64,000 bases of DNA from Chloropicon primus (Eukaryota): positions 434,001 through 498,000 of the forward strand of contig CP060760.1 of assembly GCA_023205875.1 (NCBI GenBank), read 5' to 3'. The notes beneath the pieces are model-generated. The model searched no databases, was not told where the DNA came from, and saw nothing but the letters and a program-made list of their open reading frames with translations. Numbering within the stretch: position 1 is the first letter of the stretch; the number at the start of each line of letters is the position of its first letter. The translations under genes were made by a program, and so were the position numbers. Of this stretch, positions 55,339-64,000 are shown in pieces.

Positions 55339-56883
55339 ATGGCCCCAGGAGAGGTTGCGAGGGTGAGCTCATTCCGGTCCGGGACGTCGAAGACCCCGTG
55401 CCCGAAGCGGCGGCAGCTGAGCTCCACCGACGACGACGACGACGGCTCCTCGGTGGAGCTTTGGAACAACAAGGCGGAGGCGGAGAGCAGCGATGGGGCG
55501 GCGGGCGAGATCTGCAAGGAGGCGAGCGAGAGCCCCGGCGGCAAGCGAAAGGGCAAGGCCGCCTTGCCCCCCAGCGTCCCGAAAAAGCTGAGGCACACCA
55601 TCGGGAAGCCGAGGGCGGGTTGGACCAAGCGGGAGGAGCAGGAGCTCCTGTCCCTGGTGAGCTTGCACGGGGACAAGCAGTGGGCCAAGGTCGCCGAGGA
55701 GCTGAAGACGGGAAGGAGTGGGAAGCAGTGCAGGGAGAGGTGGATCAACCACCTGAGGCCGGACATCCGCACCGAGCCGTGGTCCGACGCGGAGGAGGGC
55801 CTGCTGATCGAGGCCCACAAGGCCGTGGGGAACAGGTGGTCGGAGATCGCCAGGAGGCTCTCCGGTAGGACGGAGAACAGCATCAAGAATCACTGGAATA
55901 GCACGCTGAGGTCAAAGTCCATGAACAGGCCGAACTCCATGCTGAGGGACTACGTGTTGGGCCTGGCCGCCTCGGGGAAGGGCGGGACCCGAGGCGTCGT
56001 CCTCGCCGGCAAGGGCAGCAGCAGCAGCAGATCCAAGCCTCCGGGCGGGCCCAAGAAGGGGAAGAAGGGGGCGGTCAGGGTCAGGAGGAGGGGGAAGGCG
56101 AAGAAGGCGGCGGCGGCAGCGGGGGGGGAGCCGGACGAGGGCTCCGCCCACGACGGCGGGGACCACCCCGACGCCGCCCTCGCGGACCTGGAGGACCTCC
56201 ACGGGAGCGGCATCGCAGACAACAGCCACTTCTCCCCCCGCCGGGAGTCCATGGACGGGAGCTGTGACGAACTTAGGTCGGACGACGACGACGGGGACGC
56301 CGACGCCACCAAGACTCAAGCCGCGCCCCCCGCCGACTTCCTGGATTACGAGGCATTTGCCGGCATCGCCCCGGAGACTCCCATGGCCGCCATGGGTGGA
56401 AACCCGGAGCAGGGTACGCTCGACCCCCACGAGGGGGGCTTCAAGCCCTACCCCCCGTACCACGGGGTGCAAGGCTGCAGGGAGGACCTGGTCGAGGTTT
56501 CCGAGCTCTGCCCGATCAGCGTGAGCAAGTACCTCACCCCGTCCCCCCACGAGGACCTGAGGACCGGGGAGCCCTCGGAGGTCTCGAGCCACGTCTCGCT
56601 GGCCCCCTCCTCCCAATCGAGGGTCGTCACCCACAAGACCAAGAACGTCAACATCCTGAGGATGAGGCTGCAGAACCTGTGCGCCAAGGTCAGGTCCCAG
56701 TTCGATGTGACCAAGGTCGTCCTCGCGTGCCGCACCGAGTTCCTCAAGGTCGGCGAGGTCTTCCTCGTGGTGGTGGTCGGATCCAAGTCCCACAGCGAGT
56801 CGTGCCGAGCCGTCCGCTACCTCAGGACGGAGCTCGACAAGGAAATCACGGTGGAGACCCCCGCGGCGACCGAGGCCTTCTGA
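55339..56883 (+). CDS. R2R3-MYB transcription factor with C-terminal degenerate MoaE-like domain
   Basis: WTKREEQEL...WAKVA...RSGKQCRERWINHLRPDI; WSDAEE...GNRWSEIARRLSGRTENSIKNHWNS. The C-terminal ~125 aa resemble MoaE/CNX6. Confidence 0.92.
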   Translation: MAPGEVARVSSFRSGTSKTPCPKRRQLSSTDDDDDGSSVELWNNKAEAESSDGAAGEICKEASESPGGKRKGKAALPPSVPKKLRHTIGKPRAGWTKREEQELLSLVSLHGDKQWAKVAEELKTGRSGKQCRERWINHLRPDIRTEPWSDAEEGLLIEAHKAVGNRWSEIARRLSGRTENSIKNHWNSTLRSKSMNRPNSMLRDYVLGLAASGKGGTRGVVLAGKGSSSSRSKPPGGPKKGKKGAVRVRRRGKAKKAAAAAGGEPDEGSAHDGGDHPDAALADLEDLHGSGIADNSHFSPRRESMDGSCDELRSDDDDGDADATKTQAAPPADFLDYEAFAGIAPETPMAAMGGNPEQGTLDPHEGGFKPYPPYHGVQGCREDLVEVSELCPISVSKYLTPSPHEDLRTGEPSEVSSHVSLAPSSQSRVVTHKTKNVNILRMRLQNLCAKVRSQFDVTKVVLACRTEFLKVGEVFLVVVVGSKSHSESCRAVRYLRTELDKEITVETPAATEAF

Positions 56884-57734
56884 GATGGTGTAGAGGATGA
56901 CGATCCCCCCCCCGATGCATCCGCGTATTTTCGCTGTCTAATTACTTTTTCTGTTCTTTCTTAACGTAAATGAGTTACCTTCTATTATGTGACCGAAAAC
57001 CCGAGCCCCTGACCACCAGCACCAGTGGTCCACCATCACCACTCAAGACGTCCGCCCTACTTGGCTTGGCTTGGGAAGAGACCCCTCACGAGACTGGTCT
57101 CCTTGCAGCTTGCTTCCCCGGACCAAGGGAGCACCCAAACGGAAGAGGAAGAGGCAAGGAAGGAAAGAGGAAGAGGCAAGAAGACCAGTCTCAAGTGTTG
57201 CCTCACTTCCCAAGCAAGACATTCATCTTTCCCCCATCCTCCGCCCGCCCTATAGCTATAGACCACACCCACCCCTCAATTTTTTGGGAGATGAAGATCT
57301 CGACTGCGCCTCGTAGACCTCGCAAGCAATTTTTCGTGGAGCACAAGAGGGTGGGGCGGAGTTGTCGCCGTTGCGAGGTTTGTTGGGTGAGTTTGTCGGC
57401 CCCGCAAGGGCGGAGGAGGTGGGACGGGGCGAGGGCGACTGTCGCGAGGGGACGCGTCTCGCTCTCCTCTTTCGAACGACCCCTTTCTTGAAGTTTTTCC
57501 TGACACTCGAGAGCTCTCTCTTTTCTTTTTCCTTTTTTTGCTCCGTCCTTGTGAGAAGGGAAGGTCGCGGCGCAGAGGAGGGACCGCAGGACCGGGATCG
57601 ATCGAGGGTCCGTGTTTCCGAGGAGCCTCGGAAGAACTTTCCGCGTTCGCGTCGCCTTCGCCGCAAACGCGGTGTTTTTGTAACCGTCGCGCAAGCGTTA
57701 CCTTTCTTTCTGTGGTGCCCGGTTGTCCGGCTCG

Positions 57735-60047
57735 ATGAGCGGAAACCTCGAGCTGATGCAGGGGCCGAGCGGCGCGGCGACGGAGGAGCCCGCGTCGGAG
57801 TCGGGGGCCTCGTCGAAGAAGAACTCCGTCGCGGAGTTGCTGCCCCAGCAGTCCCCAGGCTTTTGGGCCGTCGACGCGATGGAGGAGGGGATAAGGCTGG
57901 TGATGTACAACGTGAGCTGCAAGATCGGGAAGAAGCAGATGCTCTACGACGTCACCGGCGTGGTCGAGCCCGGCGAGTTCTACGGCGTGATGGGGCCGAG
58001 CGGAGCCGGGAAGACCATGCTGATGGATATTGTTTGCTTCAGGAAGTCCCTCGGCAAGGTCAAGGGCGTCGTGCTGTACAACGGCAAGCAGCCTACGAAG
58101 GACTTCGTGGGGCACAACGTTGCGTACGTGGAGCAGCAGATCACCGTGCAGCCAGCTTTCACGGTGGAGGAGGCCATCACGTTCTCGGCCATGCTGAAGC
58201 GACCCAGGAGCCTGTTCACGAGGAAGGAGATCGAGCAGACGGTGGACCACGTGATCGAGCAGCTGGGCCTGCAGAAGATAAGAAAGTCGAGGGTCGGCAA
58301 CTCCAGGCTCGTGAGGGGCATCTCGGGAGGTGAGGCTCGCAGGGTCTCCATCGGGATAAGCCTCGTGCAATTGACGAGGCCCGGCCTGCTGTGCCTGGAC
58401 GAGCCCACCACCGGCCTCGACTCCGCGATAGGGAACGACATCCTGAAGCTGGTGAGGGGGTGCGCCGACGAGGGCTGGACCATCTTCACGACGATCCACA
58501 ACCCCTCGGCTATGATGATGGACCACATTGACGGGCTGGTGCTCATCGTGTCCGCCCGCGTGATTTGGTTCGGGCCGTACAACCTGGAGGCGATGAAGGT
58601 CGACTACGAGGCTCACGGGTTCCATTGCGAGAGGTCCCAGCACATCGTCGAGTACCTCCTTCAGGTCGTCGGCGGCGGCAGCAAAGGGTCCGATGAGGAC
58701 ACCTTGGAAAGGGCTTGCGCGGCCTACGACGATTCCAAGGAGTGCATTCAGAACAAGAACACCGCCGTGGAGTACATCAAGGAGGCCAAGATGGAGAAGC
58801 TTTGCGCCGAGTGGAGGAAGCCGAAGAGGCACATCAAGCTGGAGGGGGAGGACGACAAAAAGTGGAAGGACGGGGAAAGGAAGGGGGCTTTCTATGCCAA
58901 CACCATATGGCAGGAAATCAACATCCTCCTCAGGTTCAGGGCCTTCACCATGCTCAAGGACCCAAGCTTTGTGCTCAGCAGGCTCTTGATTTTTGTCCTG
59001 CAGTCCCTCGTCTTTGCGACGTTTTGGGCGGACAGGAAGAAGAACATGAGCGGCCTGATCGACACGATTGCGGTTCTCTTTGCGGTTCCCATCACGCTCA
59101 GCCTGCCTTTTGGGTTGTTCATCCCGGAGCTCTTCCACCAGAGGGGGGCCTTCATCAGGGAGTCGCATGAGGGGTGCTACAGAACGTTTTCCTTCTGCTG
59201 CTCCGTGCTCATCACGGAGGGAACCTTGGTGGGAATCGGGTCCGTGATGTACAGCCTCATACTTTATTTCGCTATAGGCACGATGCCCGTGACCGCTGGA
59301 CACTTCTTCTTCTTCCTGCTCTCGACCTGGGCGGTGTCCCTGAACTCGGTGCTCTTTGCGAACTTGGCGACGAACTTGAGCAGGTCCATGGAAATGGCCC
59401 TGCTCATCGCACCTTGCTATTGGCTGTGGAACTGCCTCGTCATGGGCTTCATCACCAAGTACGAGAACATGCCTGTGTACTACGGGTGGACTTACTGGCT
59501 GGCGTACCTCCAGTACGCCTTTTACGGGTTCATGCTGAATCAGTTCCAGAACGAAGAGTGGAACATGTGCGCCGAGCTCGGAGGAGCAAGCGAATTCAGC
59601 TTGAACACCATCGTCGACGCCCTGACGCAGGGGAACATAGCGAATGAGACCGGCATCCTGCTGGACAAGGTCCAGGAGACGTTGACGGAAGCCACGGACT
59701 TTGAGTTCCCCTTCAGGATCGCCGATGCCACTTGTGCCGCGAATTCCACCTCGGAGGGAGTCACCCTCCCGAATTTCGTCGCGGCCTACCTACCCGACCA
59801 AGGCTTGCTGAACACGTTCCTGCCACTCCTGCCGACCTTCCTCGGCGGGGGGGGAGACGGCGACCCCAAGCCGGTTTGCAACGACCTCTGCATACCGGTT
59901 CCCGGGGCGAAGCTGCTCAACATGTACGGAATGGATCCCGAGTACAACAAGTGGGGCAAGCTGGGCGTCGTGGCTGCCTTTGCCGTGGGACACTTTATCT
60001 TGATGTGCTTTGCGACCTCACTAGCGAAACGCTTTGAGAAGCGTTAG
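57735..60047 (+). CDS. ABCG (White/WBC-type) half-size ABC transporter
   Basis: Walker A GPSGAGKT, signature ISGGEARRVSIG, Walker B LCLDEPTTGLDS, H-loop TIHNPS, then about six TM helices (NBD-TMD order). Confidence 0.95.
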   Translation: MSGNLELMQGPSGAATEEPASESGASSKKNSVAELLPQQSPGFWAVDAMEEGIRLVMYNVSCKIGKKQMLYDVTGVVEPGEFYGVMGPSGAGKTMLMDIVCFRKSLGKVKGVVLYNGKQPTKDFVGHNVAYVEQQITVQPAFTVEEAITFSAMLKRPRSLFTRKEIEQTVDHVIEQLGLQKIRKSRVGNSRLVRGISGGEARRVSIGISLVQLTRPGLLCLDEPTTGLDSAIGNDILKLVRGCADEGWTIFTTIHNPSAMMMDHIDGLVLIVSARVIWFGPYNLEAMKVDYEAHGFHCERSQHIVEYLLQVVGGGSKGSDEDTLERACAAYDDSKECIQNKNTAVEYIKEAKMEKLCAEWRKPKRHIKLEGEDDKKWKDGERKGAFYANTIWQEINILLRFRAFTMLKDPSFVLSRLLIFVLQSLVFATFWADRKKNMSGLIDTIAVLFAVPITLSLPFGLFIPELFHQRGAFIRESHEGCYRTFSFCCSVLITEGTLVGIGSVMYSLILYFAIGTMPVTAGHFFFFLLSTWAVSLNSVLFANLATNLSRSMEMALLIAPCYWLWNCLVMGFITKYENMPVYYGWTYWLAYLQYAFYGFMLNQFQNEEWNMCAELGGASEFSLNTIVDALTQGNIANETGILLDKVQETLTEATDFEFPFRIADATCAANSTSEGVTLPNFVAAYLPDQGLLNTFLPLLPTFLGGGGDGDPKPVCNDLCIPVPGAKLLNMYGMDPEYNKWGKLGVVAAFAVGHFILMCFATSLAKRFEKR

Positions 60048-60237
60048 AGGGAATTGCTTGTAATCTAGGTTCTTTTTGTTTTTTGGCTTTGCTTGGCTAT
60101 GCTTCTTCTTGCTCTTCCCCCAGGGAGGGGTGCCGTGGGGTGGTTTGTGGGATGTGCGTGGGATCGAAAGGAAGAGGGCGGTGTTTGGCTTGGCGAGCTA
60201 TATTGCAAAGGGGGAATAATGCTGCTCAAAAAAGAAG

Positions 60238-60662
60238 TTACTGCTGCCCGTTCAAGAAGCCCTTGAGGTTTCCTGCCGACCCGCCGTTCATCTCCGCTTC
60301 CATCTCTGCCTTGCTCCTCCACTGAGCCGCTGGCTTCTCGTACACGGGAGCCGGGTAGAGGACCTTGTCGATCACGTGGAGGACTCCGTTGGAGGCTGGG
60401 ATGTCGTACACCGAGGCGCGCCCGCACTGGTCTCCCTCGCAGGTGCACCTGTTGCAGCTCCTCTCGCAGTACCCGAGGGTCCTTCCGGAGAACAAGCCGT
60501 CGTCCTGCACCCAGTCCTCGTTGCACTTCTTCCACTCCGCCTGCATTTCGCAGCCGTAGTTGTCCGGGGAAGGCCTGTCGACGCAGTCGTCGTGGACCAG
60601 GAACTCCCCGTTCTTCCCGTGGAAGACGGCGACCTCGGCTCCGTCTGAGGAAGGGGGGAACG

Positions 60663-60703
<41 letters not shown>

Positions 60704-61696
60704 GTTGTCGTTGTGTCAGTGGGACCGTCAGCTCGTTCTTCCGCCGCTTGCGTTGTTGTTGTTGTTGTTGTTGTTACGCGTCACTGTCACTCGTGCTAAG
60801 TGCCACTCACCTTTCATGGACAGGACGCCGGTGGCGTTCTTGATCCCGGACGACCACTCCTGCCCCATGACGATGTGGTACAGCAAGATGTCCTCGAGCT
60901 CCGGCATCGCGAGGAGCTCGTCCTCGGTCAGAGTCATTCCCATCCAGCCCATCTCCTTCATGAACTCGAGGAAGGCCTCGTTCGACGGGGCGAAGACGGT
61001 CCAGGGCCCCTTGTAGTAGGTCTTCTCGTAGCCCTTCCTGGCGAGGTGCTTGGCCATCCAAGAGTCCTTGTCGATCTTGATGCTCGCGCCCTCCTTGAGG
61101 TACTTGTCCAGGATGTTGGTCGAGTGGAGAGCCTTGGCGAAGATGCTCAGCACGGGGGCCGCCTTGATGCTCGACTTCATGTCCGAGTCCTCCATGAAGG
61201 GGATGAACTTGCTGCCCATGCGGTAGATCGCCATCCCGTCCTTGGCCTTGGTCCAGCTCACGATGTCCACGGGCTGCTTGTCCGCGTTCCTCAGCTCGAG
61301 CTGGCCGTCGAACCCGAGGGAGAACCTGAAGCCGCAAGGGTCGAAGCTCGCGCTGAAGCGGTCCCTGTTGAACGGCCTCAGGGTGAACTCCTGGTCCGGC
61401 TCGATCGAGGTCCAGTTCGAGCACCACTTGACGGGTTGCGGGGCCATCGTCGCAGAGTCCCCGCCGAACCAGAACGAGTTCATCGCCCTCTTGCTCTTGT
61501 CCACGATGGACCAGCCCGTGAGGTCCACCGGCTCGGAGCCCACGTTCCTGAGGATGATGGCCTCGGTCTGCCCGCTCCCGGGCTGGGGGAGCACCTTCAT
61601 GAACTGCACCCCCGTCGCCGCCGAGCACGAGGTCGTCGCCATCACGGCCAGCAGGACGGAAGCCGCCACAACCGACGCGGAAGCCTTCATCACCAT
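60238..61696 (-). CDS. Secreted protein: lamin-tail-like (LTD) domain + FAS1 domain with Cys-rich insert, 2 exons (61696-60811, 60644-60238)
   Basis: Signal peptide; EAIILRNVGSEPVDLTGWSIVD (LTD); GPWTVFAPSNEAF, ILLYHIV, DIPASNGVLHVIDKVLYP (FAS1). In-frame GTGAGT...CAG intron at 60810-60645. Confidence 0.85.
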
Positions 61697-61965
61697 CAGA
61701 TCAGAAACAGGATGCTGCTGCTGGCTGCTGGCAAAGCAAAGCAAAGCGTGCACGCGCGCGCGTGAGAAGAAGAAGAAGAAAGTAGAAAGTAGAGTCGCGT
61801 CCGTCTCTCTCGATCGAAGAGGTGATCCACCAGTCTGATCCCGGATCGAGTGGGGGGCCGCAACGGGGGGAGGCGTTACGGTGGACGCGATCGAGCCGAG
61901 CGTTACATCCCTTCTCTGGGACTAATCCGCAGTTCTCCCGAGCGGAGCGAAGTTTTGCCATTGAA

Positions 61966-62199
61966 TTGTCGTACACTCCTCAGTGACCCCTTTCGTTCTT
62001 AGTAAACAAAACGTCTCTTGAGGAACCATTGTCGTGACCCCTTTTCGTTGGTAGGAAAGAAAATGTCTCTTGAGGAAACGTTGTCGTACACTCCTCAGTG
62101 ACCCCTTTCGTTCTTAGGAAAGAAAACGTCTCTTGAGGAACCCTTGTCGTGACCCCTTTTCGTTGGTAGGAAAGAAAACGTCTCTTGAGGAAACGTTGT
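61966..62199. repeat. Tandem repeat: two 115-bp units, each a dimer of ~51-bp monomers plus a 12-nt insert
   Basis: TTGTCGTACACTCCTCAGTGACCCC starts at 61966 and 62081. AAAA(C/T)GTCTCTTGAGGAA occurs four times. Confidence 0.92.
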
Positions 62200-62333
62200 T
62201 TTCTTATCCTTGAAGCGTCGTAAAATAAAATGGGTTTTGTACTCTCGAACGGTTTTGTTTTTGTTTTGTTCGCTGACTCCGACAGACACAGCGGCCCACA
62301 GGAGAAGCAAGCGAGAGGGAGCAGAGTCCAGCG

Positions 62334-62374
<41 letters not shown>
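62334..62374. repeat. (CGAACA)n hexanucleotide microsatellite
   Basis: Read directly from the sequence, ~7 copies. Confidence 0.9.
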
Positions 62375-62582
62375 CAAGTGCGTGGTACCTCCGGGACCCC
62401 CTGACCCGTCAATTGGAAGGAAGCCTTGGCGCCCTCGGACGAAACCTTTACCTTGGGTTACCTTCCGCCCGCTCCTTGGACTTCCTTGGAGAATCTTTTC
62501 TCTCTCTACTCTTGAGTTTTGGTTTTGGTTTTTGTCATGCGGTTATCGAGGAGGGGTGGATAGGATTGTGTCGCAGAGAAGG

Positions 62583-62692
62583 ATGAGCATGAGCATGATG
62601 AGCCTGACGACGACAACGACGACGACGACGAGGCTTGTGTCTTCACCGTCTCCGACCAAGTCACCGAGACACCAAGTGACCCACCACCACCA

Positions 62693-62725
<33 letters not shown>

Positions 62726-63281
62726 AGTGGCAGCGCAGAAGAAGAAGGCGAAGCGCTCGTCCTCGTCGCCGCGGCGCCCGTCCTCGTCGTCGCCGCACTC
62801 GTCGCCGAAGAAGGTGGCGAAGAAGAAGAAGAAGAAGATTGGGGAGTGGTCCAAGGAGGAGCACGCCCAATTCCTGGAGGGGGCCAAGGTCTTGGGGGGC
62901 GACGACTGGGGGGGGATAGCGGCCAAGTTCGTCAAGTCAAGGTCGGCCAGGCAGGTCAAGTGCCACGCGCTGACGTACGAGAGGACCGAGGAGTGGAACA
63001 TTGACGAGCACTCGAGGTTCCTCAAGGGCGTCAAGGTCGCGGGCAGGGGGGAGTTCACCTACATCGCCAAGCACTTTGTCAAGACGAGGAACGCCAGGGA
63101 GGTGCAGGAGTACGCGGACTCCATCTATACGGAGACGGAGGACAAGGCCGCGGGAAGGAAGCGGAAACGGAAACTCAGCCTGTACTGCTACAGGAAGTAC
63201 GCTGCGCAGGGCGACCAGCCGGACTCGGTGGAGTCTAGCGAGCAGACCGCTCGACCCAACCCGGCGCAGGCCCAGGCCTAG
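62583..63281 (+). CDS. MYB-related protein with two SHAQKYF-class-like SANT repeats
   Basis: WSKEEHAQFLEG...DWGGIAAKFVKSRSARQVKCHALTY and WNIDEHSRFLKG...FTYIAKHFVKTRNAREVQEYA, followed by RKRKRKLSLY. Confidence 0.85.
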
Positions 63282-63397
63282 GCTCCCTCACGATGAAAGC
63301 AACTTCAACTGATTTTTTATACAAAAAGCAGGTTTCCAGCAAACCTTATAAGCAAGGAGAGTTATTAACACGAAAAAACAAATACTTACTACTACAT

Positions 63398-64000
63398 TCA
63401 GAGCTCGTCGTGCGGCAAGTTCCCAAGGGCTTCCCGCCCTCCTCCCCGCCCTCCCCCCACGACGCGCAGGGACCCCCTGGGAACTTGCTGCTCGCTGAGG
63501 TGGGCCAAGTCCCGGTACATCTCCGAGACGCCCTCGAACTTGGCGGCCAGGCCGGACAGGGTCTCGTTCCCGGCGACGTAGAGGCCCAAGCGCTGCTGGA
63601 CCAGCCCGAGCCTCCACTTGGGCTGCCAGTCGTCCGGCCCAGAGAGGTGGTCCGCCAGGATATACTCGTCCATCGCTTCCCTCAGCTGGTCCTTGCCCTC
63701 CAGCAGGAGGCCCTTGACGGTGTGGAGCGTGCTGGACCACGGGAACTTCCGCACCTTGTCCTCCACCGTGTCCAGGACCTTGACCGGGACGCTGCCGGAG
63801 CGGGCCTTGGGCGACGAGGACGCGACTTGCTGGGAGTTGATCCCGAGGAACTTGTCGTGGGACGACAGGATCAGCTCCGACGGGAACAGGTTGGGGTGGA
63901 GCATCCGGAGAGACGCGATGCTGTACTCCTGGTTCTTCAGCAGGCTCTGGTGCATGGAGTTTGGCCGAATTCTGTAAAAGAACAGCTCCTCGTGGATGTA
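63398..64000 (-). CDS. Partial (3' end) protein ending in HDEL; possibly a GT2-family glycosyltransferase
   Basis: Frame open from the window edge: YIHEELFFYRIRPNSM..., resembling the end of GT2 domains. It ends ...NLPHDEL-stop. Confidence 0.6.
   Translation of the reverse strand, partial: YIHEELFFYRIRPNSMHQSLLKNQEYSIASLRMLHPNLFPSELILSSHDKFLGINSQQVASSSPKARSGSVPVKVLDTVEDKVRKFPWSSTLHTVKGLLLEGKDQLREAMDEYILADHLSGPDDWQPKWRLGLVQQRLGLYVAGNETLSGLAAKFEGVSEMYRDLAHLSEQQVPRGSLRVVGGGRGGGREALGNLPHDEL

Noticed and set aside
61966..62199. CRISPR-like appearance of the repeat array
   Set aside because: There are no unique spacers, the monomers are contiguous, no cas genes are present, and the context is eukaryotic nuclear.

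Overview
This is gene-dense, GC-rich, intron-poor eukaryotic nuclear DNA from a green alga. LHCB7, TIC20 and a TOC1-type pseudo-response regulator support that. The compact layout and microsatellite-rich spacers suggest a picoplanktonic chlorophyte such as Chloropicon, which is an inference. About 30 protein genes are supported: RPS9, two kinesins, a flavin reductase-like protein, TOC1/PRR, an LCAT-family lipase, exosome MTR3, TIC20, PHYHD1, LHCB7, NUP54, beta-tubulin, WDR92, SUV3, COG2, CYB5D1, a double-DUF1279 protein, WDR6, a PH protein, PP1, IST1, two fasciclins, two MYBs, an ABCG transporter, two small and two giant secreted proteins, and two edge-truncated genes. The most unusual observations are: (1) an R2R3-MYB ending in a degenerate MoaE (molybdopterin synthase)-like domain; (2) a secreted-protein neighbourhood at 39.9-54.4 kb with two tandem ~1,200-aa Cys-free Ala/Gly/Ser/Thr/Asp proteins and RxLL processing motifs; (3) a kinesin with an N-terminal F-box-like motif; (4) a ~26-bp motif recurring upstream of genes, mostly in head-to-head promoters; (5) a candidate intronic C/D snoRNA; (6) evening elements upstream of TOC1. 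All family calls come from motif recognition by eye. No searches were run.
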